Below, piece by piece: positions 42,679 to 52,889 of a DNA stretch of 64,000 nucleotides (position 1 is the stretch's first letter; every line of letters starts with the position of its first letter). Where the stretch lies: NCBI GenBank assembly GCA_002878315.1, contig PNIW01000014.1:20038-84037 (forward strand), in the 5' to 3' direction. The DNA comes from Mesoaciditoga sp. GTDB taxonomy: Bacteria; Thermotogota; Thermotogae; Mesoaciditogales; Mesoaciditogaceae. The translations under genes and the position numbers were made by a program. The notes beneath the pieces were generated by a model. That model worked only from the letters and a program-made list of their open reading frames with translations, was not told the DNA's origin and ran no database searches.

Positions 42679-44529
42679 GTGAGGAAGATTTTGTTGGTAA
42701 TTTTGATGGGGATAGTGGTAGCGGGGCTAATTTTTGCCGGTGGAACGGCTAATTACGCCATGCTGTCGGACGTAACAAGTCTCAATATCTGGTCAATGTT
42801 AGGACCAAACGCAACTGCTTGGAACTTTTATCCAACAATGGGTAAATACGGAGGTTTATACGGCATGTCGGATCTAACCTATCAAGTCGTGCCAGGATTG
42901 GCTGATGGTTTCTGGTCGCCGCTTGAGAAAGTAACCGAGGATGGAACAACTATGTACGTTACAACCGTGAAACTTCTAAAAGGTGTAACATGGTCGGATG
43001 GAACACCTTTCACCGCTGATGATGTGGTTTTCTCCTATGAGGTGCCATTTAAATTGCAAATGCCTGGAAACTGGATGTCAAACATTCCTCCTGATCTTTT
43101 CGTCAAAGTCGTTAAGGTCGATGACTACACGGTTAAGTTCTACATAACACACCCGAGCGGTAATTTCATCTATTCCGTTCTCATGAGCGCAATCGTTCAG
43201 AAGAAATTCTGGGATCCGGTTTATCAGGAAGCACTCAAGCAGAAAGATCCCGCCCAATACATGATGTCTTATGATAAGAACCTTTTAAATGAACCCTCAA
43301 TAGGTGCGTTCACGGTCTCCCAATGGCAAAAGGGTGCATATCTTCTTGATAAAGCCATTCCAAATTACACCTTCAAAGGCCAGCAGGAGATAGAATACGC
43401 TAATGGCGCTGTCAGATATGTAATTCCGTCTTTGAATTTAGACAACACATACTATGGAACCGCGGAAGGTACAGTCAATAATACCTTTGTCACAGGGCCA
43501 TACGTCGATTCCATAATTTACAGGATATACCAAAATCAGACGGCAGCCGTCTCTGCTTTGATGAAAGGAGAGGTCGATTACATACTCAATCCTAACGGAC
43601 TTCAAAAGGGATTTGTCCAGCAACTCCAGAGCAATCCAAATATAAAAATCGTCAGCAACCCATCTTTAGGTTTCCAGTACATAGCCTTCAACATGAGAAG
43701 ATATCCTATGAGCAATAAAGCATTTAGAGTCGCCATCGCATACTTAATAGATAGAGATCTACTTGCAAACAAAATTCTTGGTGGAAATACGAATCCACTT
43801 TCCTCTCTTGTTCCTCCAGGCAACAAATTCTGGTACGATCCGAATATAAAGGCATATGGAGAGGGAATGACAACAATAGAGAGATATCAGGCCGCGATAA
43901 AAACACTCAAGGATGCCGGATTCTCCTGGCTTATTGAGCCGAAGATAGAGAATGGTCAACTTGTCCAGCGTGGTCAGGGATTAATTGGACCGGATGGAAA
44001 ATTAATAAAGCAGATAACAATGATGGCTCCATCGGCCGGATATGATCCGATAAGATCTACCGCGGCTTTGTGGGTAGAAAAATGGGCCAACGATATAGGC
44101 ATACCGCTCTATGCGGATCTGACAAGTTTCAACAACATAGTCGATGCCGTCTTCAATCAAAATTTCAACTTTGATATGTACATTTTAGGTTGGGGTATAA
44201 CCATATATCCCGATTACATCTACGAATTCTTCTCTTCGTCCCAGAATGTACCGGGTGGGTTTAACTCGCCAGGATACAGCAATCCAGAGTTTGAAAAAGT
44301 TGCAAAGGCATTTCTTGATTCTACAGATATGAATGTTGCCCGTGAATACGCATTTAAAGCCGAAGAGTATCTCAATGCGGATGTCCCATACATCGTTCTC
44401 TTTGCCCCAAATGTCATAGAAGGGTATAGGGCCGATAAAATTTCCTTTGCATACACTCAATGCCTCGATGGAATTCAATCCGGCTATTCTGGCTACGGCG
44501 AACCTACCTACGTTAAGGTTATCCAATAA
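42679..44529 (+). CDS. peptide/nickel (family 5) ABC substrate-binding protein
   Basis: WSDGTPFTADDVVFS, FRVAIAYLIDR, signal peptide. Confidence 0.88.
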   Translation: MRKILLVILMGIVVAGLIFAGGTANYAMLSDVTSLNIWSMLGPNATAWNFYPTMGKYGGLYGMSDLTYQVVPGLADGFWSPLEKVTEDGTTMYVTTVKLLKGVTWSDGTPFTADDVVFSYEVPFKLQMPGNWMSNIPPDLFVKVVKVDDYTVKFYITHPSGNFIYSVLMSAIVQKKFWDPVYQEALKQKDPAQYMMSYDKNLLNEPSIGAFTVSQWQKGAYLLDKAIPNYTFKGQQEIEYANGAVRYVIPSLNLDNTYYGTAEGTVNNTFVTGPYVDSIIYRIYQNQTAAVSALMKGEVDYILNPNGLQKGFVQQLQSNPNIKIVSNPSLGFQYIAFNMRRYPMSNKAFRVAIAYLIDRDLLANKILGGNTNPLSSLVPPGNKFWYDPNIKAYGEGMTTIERYQAAIKTLKDAGFSWLIEPKIENGQLVQRGQGLIGPDGKLIKQITMMAPSAGYDPIRSTAALWVEKWANDIGIPLYADLTSFNNIVDAVFNQNFNFDMYILGWGITIYPDYIYEFFSSSQNVPGGFNSPGYSNPEFEKVAKAFLDSTDMNVAREYAFKAEEYLNADVPYIVLFAPNVIEGYRADKISFAYTQCLDGIQSGYSGYGEPTYVKVIQ

Positions 44530-44581
44530 CGACTGATACAAGGCCGGGTCTATCGGCCCGCATTTTTTACGGGAAGGTGAG

Positions 44582-45739
44582 ATGATGCTGAAGTACATAG
44601 GAAACAGGATCTTGCAGATAGCCATTTTGCTTGTGATTTACGTGGCTATTGTTTTTTTCTTACTTCACGCAATGCCTGGCGGGATAAAGACTTTGCTTAT
44701 TTCGAATCCAAAGCTCACGCCTCAGGCACAAGAGGCCATTATAAGGGCTTTCGGTCTTAACCAACCTCTCTGGCTTCAGTTTGTCGATTACATGAAAAAC
44801 GTATTCACTTTAAACCTGGGGATCTCTTTTTCTTATTATCCGACCCCAGTGTGGAATATTATCGCAGAGAGGTTACCAAGGACCGTTTTGCTCTTTACGG
44901 TGGCTACATTGATAGCCTTTTTCGTGGGTTTTGCCTCGGGAAAATCTCTTGCGTGGAACCGTGGAAAGACGACGGAATACGTTTCAACCATTGTCGGTAT
45001 AATAACTTACACGATCTTCACCCCTCTTTTGATATTCGTCATGATCTGGTTTTTTGGATCTTTCCTCGGTATCTTTCCTCTCAATCAGTTTCTCAATCCC
45101 GATCTCTGGATCCACACGCGTCTGAATGCGCAGGTAATTTTCCTTTACATACTTTTGACAATGCTTATAATAGGCATGGTGATGCTTGTTTCGTATCTTG
45201 TGGCTTTAAGATTTTCCCACAGAGTTAGAACGCGCAGGCTGATCTTTTATCTCTCGACTATCATAACCGTTGTATTTTCTGTATTTTTCTGGTGGGTAAG
45301 TCCTGTTGGGATATATGCGGCTGACATTCTCTGGCATATGGTTCTTCCCGTCATGACCGTAACGATAATCTCTTACGCTGGAAATATGCTTGTCATGAGA
45401 GACTCAATGCTTGAAACTATAAAGGAAGATTTTATAACAACTGCGCGTGCGAAGGGATTACCGGATAAGGTTGTGCGAGACAAGCATGCGGCAAGAACCG
45501 CAATGCTTCCCGTTGTGACAAACTTTGTTCTATCGCTTGGATTCGTGGTAAGCGGTGGTGTAATAACTGAAAGTCTATTTTCATGGCCGGGCATGGGCAT
45601 GACCCTGCTCGATTCAACACTCGCAAAGGATTATCCTCTGGCGGCAGGAGCGCTTATCTTTACAGGAATATTCGTCCTCTTTGCACATTTGGCGATAGAC
45701 ATAATATACGCATTTCTTGATCCACGAATAAGGTATTGA
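44582..45739 (+). CDS. peptide ABC permease (DppB-like)
   Basis: LGISF, RLPRT, FITTARAKGL, ITESLFSWPGMG, DPRIRY. Confidence 0.9.
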   Translation: MMLKYIGNRILQIAILLVIYVAIVFFLLHAMPGGIKTLLISNPKLTPQAQEAIIRAFGLNQPLWLQFVDYMKNVFTLNLGISFSYYPTPVWNIIAERLPRTVLLFTVATLIAFFVGFASGKSLAWNRGKTTEYVSTIVGIITYTIFTPLLIFVMIWFFGSFLGIFPLNQFLNPDLWIHTRLNAQVIFLYILLTMLIIGMVMLVSYLVALRFSHRVRTRRLIFYLSTIITVVFSVFFWWVSPVGIYAADILWHMVLPVMTVTIISYAGNMLVMRDSMLETIKEDFITTARAKGLPDKVVRDKHAARTAMLPVVTNFVLSLGFVVSGGVITESLFSWPGMGMTLLDSTLAKDYPLAAGALIFTGIFVLFAHLAIDIIYAFLDPRIRY

Positions 45740-45749
45740 GGTGATAAAG

Positions 45750-46739
45750 ATGACAAATAACCCAAATACAACGGTTGAAATGGCTGATGCAAAACTGGAA
45801 TCTCCAGCTTTGATAAGAATGAAACTGATGTGGAGGTCTTTCAAGGAAAACTGGAAGATCTTTTCACAGTCCAAAATAGGGATGATAGGGCTTTACATAG
45901 TTATAATCTTTGCCGTGGCTGGATTTATAGTCTATCCGATACTCGCGGCTACGGTATGGAAAACGACAAGCCTTAACGCGATGGCCTCTTACAATCCGGT
46001 GACAGGTTACGATTTTGTGCAGAACAACCCCGCTCCTCCGTCATGGGCGCATCTGCTCGGTACAGATCCGCTCGGAAGGGATATACTTGCCCAGTTGCTT
46101 TATTCGACGCCAAGAGAGTTTATGCTTGGCATAGTTGCCGCTTTGATAACGGTTATAATAGGTACTTTAATAGGGACTGTCGCGGCATACTTTGGTGGCG
46201 CTCTCGATACATTCTTTATGAGAGTTGCGGACATTGTCCTTTTGTTTCCTTTCATACCATTTTTGATAGTCATAAGCGGGATGATGCAGGTGGATTTGCT
46301 TACGCTTGCACTGATAATAGGATTGCTTTCAGGATTTGGGGGCATAACAATAGTCTTAAGATCTCAGGCACTAATCGTAAAATCAAGGCCATTCATAGAG
46401 TCTGCCAAGATATCTGGTGCAAGCGATTCTTACATAATAGTCAATCACATAATTCCAAATGTCATGCCTCTTTCTTTCCTTTACATGATGTTTAACGTCA
46501 CCGGTGCAATCTTTTCCGAGGCCGTTCTTTCTTTCTTCGGTCTTTTGAACATAAAGATGTCGTGGGGGCTTATGATATACACGGCAGACACGGCCGGTTA
46601 TATAATAGGCAGTAATATATGGAATTACTGGTGGCTATGGCTTCCGGCAGGAGCTTCTATAACCTTGCTGTGCGGTGCATTTTATTTCATAGGCCGCGGA
46701 CTTGACGAAGTTGTCAATCCAAGGCTCAGAAAGAGGTGA
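45750..46739 (+). CDS. peptide ABC permease (DppC-like)
   Basis: PPSWAHLLGTDPLGRD, FIESAKISGAS, HIIPN, NPRLR. Confidence 0.9.
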   Translation: MTNNPNTTVEMADAKLESPALIRMKLMWRSFKENWKIFSQSKIGMIGLYIVIIFAVAGFIVYPILAATVWKTTSLNAMASYNPVTGYDFVQNNPAPPSWAHLLGTDPLGRDILAQLLYSTPREFMLGIVAALITVIIGTLIGTVAAYFGGALDTFFMRVADIVLLFPFIPFLIVISGMMQVDLLTLALIIGLLSGFGGITIVLRSQALIVKSRPFIESAKISGASDSYIIVNHIIPNVMPLSFLYMMFNVTGAIFSEAVLSFFGLLNIKMSWGLMIYTADTAGYIIGSNIWNYWWLWLPAGASITLLCGAFYFIGRGLDEVVNPRLRKR

Positions 46740-46743
46740 GATA

Positions 46744-47736
46744 ATGAAGGCCGTACTCGAGATTAAAAATTTGAAGATGTATTACGATACACAGGCCGGA
46801 CAGGTCAAAGCCGCCGATGATATATCATTTTCTCTGTACGAAGGTGAGTCGATGGGCCTTGTGGGCGAGTCTGGATGCGGAAAGACTTCCGTTTCCATGT
46901 CGATAATGCGCCTGCTTCCTGAAAATGCAAGGATAATTTCTGGCAATATCTTTTTTGGAGGAAAGGACATAGTCAAGCTTTCAAATGAAGAGATGAATAA
47001 AATAAGGTGGGCGGGAATTTCTATGATCTTTCAGGCCGCGATGAATTCGCTTAATCCGGTATACAGAGTTGGAGATCAGATAATAGAGGCGATAACAACT
47101 CATGAACCTGACGTCACATTCGAAGAGGCCCGTCAAAGAGTTGCCAGCCTTTACAAACTTGTAGGCCTTGATCCTGAAAGAATGGATAATTACCCCCATG
47201 AATACTCCGGCGGAATGAAACAAAGGGCTGTGATAGCGATGAGTTTGGCCTGCAATCCAAAATTGATAATTGCCGATGAACCAACAACGGCTCTTGATGT
47301 CATAGTGCAGGACACGATCTTAAGAGAACTTGAAAAGATTCAGAAAAAATTGAATATGTCCATGATATACATCTCTCACGATATCGCCGTGATCGCAGAG
47401 GTCGCTTCAAAGATAGCGATAATGTATGCCGGTAAGATAGTTGAGATGTCAGATTCTGTGACGATCTTCAAAAGACCGGCCCATCCTTACACCGTAGGAT
47501 TAATGTCCTCTTTCCCTTCAATAAGGGGGGCAAAGAAAGAACTCGTCACTATTCCTGGAGAGCCGCCTAATTTACTCAACGCTCCAGATCATTGCAGATT
47601 TGCCCCAAGGTGTCCTTTTGCGACCGATGAGTGCTGGAAGAAGGAACCATCATACGAAGAGATAGAGGATAACCACTTTGTCGCATGCTTCCATCCACAG
47701 AATCTTAAAAAGCAGGTGAGAGCCAATGCCGGATGA
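46744..47736 (+). CDS. peptide ABC ATP-binding protein (DppD-like)
   Basis: GESGCGKT, YPHEYSGGMKQR, ADEPTTALD, HPYT, CRFAPRCP. Confidence 0.93.
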   Translation: MKAVLEIKNLKMYYDTQAGQVKAADDISFSLYEGESMGLVGESGCGKTSVSMSIMRLLPENARIISGNIFFGGKDIVKLSNEEMNKIRWAGISMIFQAAMNSLNPVYRVGDQIIEAITTHEPDVTFEEARQRVASLYKLVGLDPERMDNYPHEYSGGMKQRAVIAMSLACNPKLIIADEPTTALDVIVQDTILRELEKIQKKLNMSMIYISHDIAVIAEVASKIAIMYAGKIVEMSDSVTIFKRPAHPYTVGLMSSFPSIRGAKKELVTIPGEPPNLLNAPDHCRFAPRCPFATDECWKKEPSYEEIEDNHFVACFHPQNLKKQVRANAG

Positions 47737-48727
47737 AATCGTTTTGAAGGTTGAAAATCTTAGCAAATTTTTTCCGATGAAAAAGAGCGTTTTTTCACGT
47801 GCAAAACATTTTCTCCATGCTGTCGATAACCTAAACTTTCAAATAGAAAAGGGCAAGGTGCTTTCTCTCGTCGGCGAATCGGGATGCGGAAAGACGACGA
47901 CAGGTAAAACCATATTAAAACTTTATGAGCCTACGGGAGGAAAGATAACCTTTTTAGGAAAAGACGTTACGCATCTTCATGAAACCGAGGACAAAAAGTG
48001 GTTTCACAGCAAAACCCAGATGATCTTTCAGGATCCATTTGAGTCTTTAAATCCGCGAAAGACAATATTCGACATAGTTGCTGAACCAATGAATATTCAG
48101 AATTTCGGGACGCTCAGAAAGCGTGAATTGATGGTTATGGACATACTAAAAAGGGTTGGGATCTCTCCGCCTGACGCGTTTCTGTGGAGGTATCCTCACG
48201 AATTAAGCGGTGGTCAGAGACAGAGAGTTGCAATAGCAAGGGCACTTGTTATGAAGCCCGAATTCGTCGTTGCCGATGAGCCTACATCGATGCTTGACGT
48301 ATCGATAAGAACGCAGGTCATGAAGTTGATGATGGAACTCATCAAGGAGATGAACATGAGTTTTCTGTATATAACACACGATCTCGCAGTTGCAAGATAT
48401 ATGGCCGATGAGATAAGCGTCATGTACCTGGGAAGAATGGTCGAATATGCAAATTCTGAAGAGTTGATAAATAATCCGCTTCATCCTTACACAAAAGCCT
48501 TGATATCTGCCGTTCCAGTGCCAGACCCAGAATTCAAAAGGAAATCTGTCGAGATAAAGGGAGGAATAGGAAAGCCCATAGATCCTCTTCCAAGGTGCAG
48601 ATTTTACGATAGATGTCCATTTGCGATGGAGATATGCAACCAAAAAGAGCCAGAACTACTCGATGTCGGCCAAAATCATAAAGTCGCCTGCTTTCTTTAT
48701 AAAAAAGATGGTGGTACCATTGCTTGA
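47726..48727 (+). CDS. peptide ABC ATP-binding protein (DppF-like)
   Basis: GESGCGKT, YPHELSGGQRQR, ADEPTSMLD, CRFYDRCP. Confidence 0.93.
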   Translation: MPDEIVLKVENLSKFFPMKKSVFSRAKHFLHAVDNLNFQIEKGKVLSLVGESGCGKTTTGKTILKLYEPTGGKITFLGKDVTHLHETEDKKWFHSKTQMIFQDPFESLNPRKTIFDIVAEPMNIQNFGTLRKRELMVMDILKRVGISPPDAFLWRYPHELSGGQRQRVAIARALVMKPEFVVADEPTSMLDVSIRTQVMKLMMELIKEMNMSFLYITHDLAVARYMADEISVMYLGRMVEYANSEELINNPLHPYTKALISAVPVPDPEFKRKSVEIKGGIGKPIDPLPRCRFYDRCPFAMEICNQKEPELLDVGQNHKVACFLYKKDGGTIA

Positions 48728-49190
48728 CTGGAAAAGATTTTTACCATTTTTCCTTTTGTTAGCCGTGCTATTTTTAAACCTCGCGATCTCCATCGCGAGG
48801 TTTAACTCTTACACAACATTCATGGGAGATTTCAAAGCCAATCTTTATTCTATAGCGATGACAAAGTCCGCCTCGGAAACAAAGATAACCTTTGAAATAC
48901 TCGGACAATCTGGACCTGTGGCAAAAAATGCTTATTTTTCTGAAGCATCGTGCGTTTTAACCTCTAAAGGTAAACCGCTCGGTGTCTTTCAATTCCCCTC
49001 CGATGGAATATTAGGAACATTTAACGGTAAAACTCTTGTTGCAACGGCAACTTTCAATTTTCCGATCGATCTGTCCCCGGATGGAACTATAAATTACACT
49101 TTGTACCTTGTAACACATTTTTTGACCGGGAATCACAACACAAGAGGAACACTTGTTTTTGAAGGTGTCGTCAGGGAGATGAAAAAATGA
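48720..49190 (+). CDS. hypothetical single-TM protein with beta-rich exported domain
   Basis: Probable TTG start 48720 overlapping the dppF stop; one N-terminal TM. Confidence 0.55.
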   Translation: MLDWKRFLPFFLLLAVLFLNLAISIARFNSYTTFMGDFKANLYSIAMTKSASETKITFEILGQSGPVAKNAYFSEASCVLTSKGKPLGVFQFPSDGILGTFNGKTLVATATFNFPIDLSPDGTINYTLYLVTHFLTGNHNTRGTLVFEGVVREMKK

Positions 49191-49564
49191 AGATGAGATT
49201 TGTCGTCTGGAGTTTGATGGATGCTTTGGCATTTTTGATGGCCCAGATGTCTTTGCTTTTTTTGCCTTTTTCTGAGTTTCCCGGCTGGTTAATTTATGTC
49301 CTTATGCTCATTTTAGGAATTCTCATAGTTTTAACGGTTAGAGACATAAAGATCGGGATATTCGTAACGCTTTCAGGCACTTTGATAGCGATGATACTTT
49401 ATTTCTGGATCAGTTTCTTTATCTTGCAGATCTTTGGATCTTTCAACGAGGTTATAGCCTCAAATCTAAGTTTGAGCACGGGAGTCATCAATACTATCTT
49501 CCTTTACATGTTCTGCCTTTTTGGAAATATCCTTGCGATGATCTTTCTGGGCTTTATGTCTTAA
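49187..49564 (+). CDS. hypothetical 4-TM membrane protein
   Basis: ATGA overlap with the previous gene; almost entirely hydrophobic. Confidence 0.6.
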   Translation: MKMRFVVWSLMDALAFLMAQMSLLFLPFSEFPGWLIYVLMLILGILIVLTVRDIKIGIFVTLSGTLIAMILYFWISFFILQIFGSFNEVIASNLSLSTGVINTIFLYMFCLFGNILAMIFLGFMS

Positions 49565-49597
49565 AGATTAAGGGCGACATTGTCGCCCTTAATCTTT
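49563..49597. terminator. bidirectional terminator
   Basis: AAAGATTAAGGGCGACA-T-TGTCGCCCTTAATCTTT inverted repeat at convergent stops. Confidence 0.75.
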
Positions 49598-50452
49598 CCT
49601 CATTGAATCTATTAGACTTGATAACTTTTTAAGATCGACATTTCTTTTGTAAAGGGGAGTTTTATCCTCTGCGTAGGCCATGTTATTCTCTTCGAAGGTT
49701 TTTCTTTCTTCGACGTAAAAGATGCCGAGCGGCAGTTTATCCTCTTCAAGAGCACGCTTGAACGCCTCAACTTTATCGTGCGGATCGTAGGAATCCTCAA
49801 GATAATAGGTATTATCTTTAAACCATTGGTAGGTATTTAATTTGTTGAAGGTAACACATGGCTGAAAGAGATCAACGAGGGAGAAACCTTTGTGCTGGAT
49901 CGCAGCCTTCAAGATCTTTACAGTACCGGGTATATCTGTTATAGAGGCCCTTGCCACAAATGACGCGCCGTTTGCTATTCCGACTGCGATGGGATTAAAA
50001 GGTTTAAGTATTACGCCATCGACCTGAACGGGAGTTTTAAAACCTTCACGGCTCGTCGGAGAAGCCTGACCCTTTGTAAGACCGTACACCATGTTATCGT
50101 GGACTATGACCGTTATGTCCGGATTTCTTCTCATTGCGTGAAGAAAATGGTTTCCTCCTTCTCCGTATATATCACCATCGCCACTTTCAGCGATGACGAC
50201 GAGATCGGGATTCGTTATTTTAATGGCCGTTGCAGGTGGAATCGCCCTTCCATGAAGGCCGTTGAAGAAGTTAGATCTCATGTAGTGTGGGAGTTTTGCG
50301 GCCTGGCCTATTCCAGAGACTATGACTAATTTTTCAGGCGGGATTTCAAGTTCCGCCATCGTCTGTTTGACGGCATTCAATATCCCATAGTCTCCGCATC
50401 CCGGGCACCACGCAATGTCAATAGGCCCCATATCGAATACTTTTTTATCCAT
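49589..50452 (-). CDS. 2-oxoacid:ferredoxin oxidoreductase beta subunit
   Basis: [38 protein letters not shown]. Confidence 0.93.
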   Translation of the reverse strand: MDKKVFDMGPIDIAWCPGCGDYGILNAVKQTMAELEIPPEKLVIVSGIGQAAKLPHYMRSNFFNGLHGRAIPPATAIKITNPDLVVIAESGDGDIYGEGGNHFLHAMRRNPDITVIVHDNMVYGLTKGQASPTSREGFKTPVQVDGVILKPFNPIAVGIANGASFVARASITDIPGTVKILKAAIQHKGFSLVDLFQPCVTFNKLNTYQWFKDNTYYLEDSYDPHDKVEAFKRALEEDKLPLGIFYVEERKTFEENNMAYAEDKTPLYKRNVDLKKLSSLIDSMRKD

Positions 50453-50457
50453 AAAGA

Positions 50458-52146
50458 TCACCTGCCTTCTTTTAATCTCAAGACGAGTTCTTCGACGGAA
50501 AACGGCATTCCGTTGTATTTGAGGATTGTGACATCAAAATTCATTCCAGTTTCCAGTTTTAAAATTTGTCCGAACTGCGATGTGGCGTTATTTTCAACGA
50601 TTATCTTTTTCTTTGCAGATTGAAGATATTCCTTCGCGTCTGGATGGACGGGATAGACCTGTTTAAAATGGAGGAAAGCCATCTTCTTGTCCCCGATATT
50701 TTCTATTGCTTCTCTTATCATCGGATAGGTAGAGCCCCATCCAACAACAAGGGTTTCGTAATTTTTCGGACCGATAAGTTCTGGAGGAATTACCTCTGCC
50801 CTTATCGCATCGAACTTTTTGAGTCTTTTTTCAACCATCTTCACCCTTATGTCGAGATCTTCCGTTATATGTCCACTCTCATCGTGCTCATCGCTGTCCA
50901 CATCAACAAGTCCCGCTCCTCCGGGAATTCCGCGCGGGGATATGCCATTTTCGACGAGTTGATACCTTTTGTAATCCTTTGATGTCTCAACTATGAACTT
51001 TTGAGGCTGCGCTTTTGGAATTTCGAGATTGGAGATGTTATAGTATGAATCGACAAGGTACTGATCGCTTAAAATTATGACCGGCACCTGAAATTTATCG
51101 GCAAAGTAGAATGCCTTCTGTGTCAGATAAAAAGCGTCCTCAAGTGTTCCGGGCGCAAGAAGAATTTTGGGAAATTCTCCATGTCCGGAATAAAGCGCGA
51201 AAAGTAGATCTCCTTGTTCCGTTCTCGTCGGAAGGCCTGTTGCCGGAGCAGGCCTCTGTCCCAAATTGACGACGAGAGGACTTTCTATCATTCCGGCAAG
51301 GCTCATTCCCTCGACCATGAGTGCGAATCCTCCACCGGCCGTCGTTACCATGGCTCTGGATCCGGCATACCATGCACCAATGGCCATGTTAACGGCGCTT
51401 ATCTCATCTTCTGCTTGTTCGGCGACGATTCCAAATTCCTTCGCATGTTCGGCAAGAAAGGTTAAAATCCCGGTTGATGGCGTCATCGGATAAGAAGATA
51501 TGAAGTTACATCCGCCTGCTATCGCCCCAAGGCCTATTGCGCTTGCACCATCGAGCAATAGATCATCCTTGATATCTGGATCTTTCTTTATTTCTACCTT
51601 TATCTTGCCTTGCTTTACAAGTCCTTCTCCTATCTCAAAACCTCTCTTTGCCGCTTCCACATTTTTATTCACTATATCCTTGCCCTTTCTTTCAAAAAAC
51701 TCTTCAAGGTATTTCTCAAGAGTTTTGAAATCGACGCCAATTACGGCAGAAAGAGTGCCAACACCTACAGTATTTGAGAATATCTTATCTCCTATTTCCG
51801 TTGCGATCTTTGTGAATGGCACTTCTATGAATTTGTAACCATCATCTACATTAGATGCCTCACCGAGTATTATCGTGTGATCATCGACCCTGTTTTTTAG
51901 ATGCTGAATTGCACCTTTTTTGAGAGTTACGAGTATATCTATTCTATTAACAAAGGCCTTTACATTTTTTGAAGAGACCCTTATCTCTGTCGAATTGAAT
52001 CCACCCCTAACTCTTGACATGTACTCCTTTGTGGCATAAACGTTGAATCCATCGAATTTTAAAACTCTTGTCAAAAATTTCTCGACAGTCTGTATTCCCT
52101 GGCCCGCTTCTCCGCATAATACAATAGACAGATCGTCTTTGAACAT
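50458..52146 (-). CDS. 2-oxoacid:ferredoxin oxidoreductase alpha subunit (fused gamma domain)
   Basis: [41 protein letters not shown]. Confidence 0.93.
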   Translation of the reverse strand: MFKDDLSIVLCGEAGQGIQTVEKFLTRVLKFDGFNVYATKEYMSRVRGGFNSTEIRVSSKNVKAFVNRIDILVTLKKGAIQHLKNRVDDHTIILGEASNVDDGYKFIEVPFTKIATEIGDKIFSNTVGVGTLSAVIGVDFKTLEKYLEEFFERKGKDIVNKNVEAAKRGFEIGEGLVKQGKIKVEIKKDPDIKDDLLLDGASAIGLGAIAGGCNFISSYPMTPSTGILTFLAEHAKEFGIVAEQAEDEISAVNMAIGAWYAGSRAMVTTAGGGFALMVEGMSLAGMIESPLVVNLGQRPAPATGLPTRTEQGDLLFALYSGHGEFPKILLAPGTLEDAFYLTQKAFYFADKFQVPVIILSDQYLVDSYYNISNLEIPKAQPQKFIVETSKDYKRYQLVENGISPRGIPGGAGLVDVDSDEHDESGHITEDLDIRVKMVEKRLKKFDAIRAEVIPPELIGPKNYETLVVGWGSTYPMIREAIENIGDKKMAFLHFKQVYPVHPDAKEYLQSAKKKIIVENNATSQFGQILKLETGMNFDVTILKYNGMPFSVEELVLRLKEGR

Positions 52147-52167
52147 TCAATTACCTCCTTTCGTAAT

Positions 52168-52878
52168 CTAACTTCCCAAGAAATTTCTCACGACTCTTTC
52201 GTCTCTCAGAACATCTTCTGGTAGACCATGAGAAAGTATTTTACCTTTATGTATAACGTAGAGTTCATCAACGATTTCAACTATTCTTTCTACCGAGTGA
52301 TCGGTTATTATTATTCCAAGCCCATTTTCTTTCAATTCACGTATGATCTTTTGTATCTCCTTGACTGTCATAGGATCGATACCGCCGAAAGGCTCATCGA
52401 GAAGTAAGAAGGCGGGAGATAAAGTCATCATTCTTGCTATCTCAAGCCTTCTCTTTTCTCCTCCAGAAAGAGAATCTGCTCTTTGCCTTGACATAGAAAT
52501 AAGTCCAAAACGTGTCAGGAGATATTTTGTCCTTACATCTATTTCCTTTTTCGAATGATTGAAATTTTCAAGGACAAGTCTTAAGTTATCTTCGACAGAA
52601 AGACCAGCAAAGATCGATGGCTCCTGGGCAAGATAGGTTATGCCATTTCTTGCCCTCAAATAAACTGGCATATTCGTTATTTCGACCGCATCTTTGAATA
52701 TGTGGCCCGAATCAGGTATTGTAAGACCGAGTATCATGTTGAAAACCGTCGTCTTTCCCGCTCCGTTGGGTCCGAGAATCCCCACAACCTGGCCGCTGTC
52801 TATCGAAAGAGAGACATCGTCAACGGCTAATTTCTTACCGAATTTCTTTCTTAATTTATAGCACAAAAGTTTACTCAT
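52168..52878 (-). CDS. lptB: LptB-family ABC ATPase
   Basis: GPNGAGKTT, GITYLAQEPSIF, LSGGEKRRLEIAR, LLDEPFGGIDP, IITDH. Confidence 0.88.
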   Translation of the reverse strand: MSKLLCYKLRKKFGKKLAVDDVSLSIDSGQVVGILGPNGAGKTTVFNMILGLTIPDSGHIFKDAVEITNMPVYLRARNGITYLAQEPSIFAGLSVEDNLRLVLENFNHSKKEIDVRTKYLLTRFGLISMSRQRADSLSGGEKRRLEIARMMTLSPAFLLLDEPFGGIDPMTVKEIQKIIRELKENGLGIIITDHSVERIVEIVDELYVIHKGKILSHGLPEDVLRDERVVRNFLGS

Positions 52879-52889
52879 TTTTTCACCTC

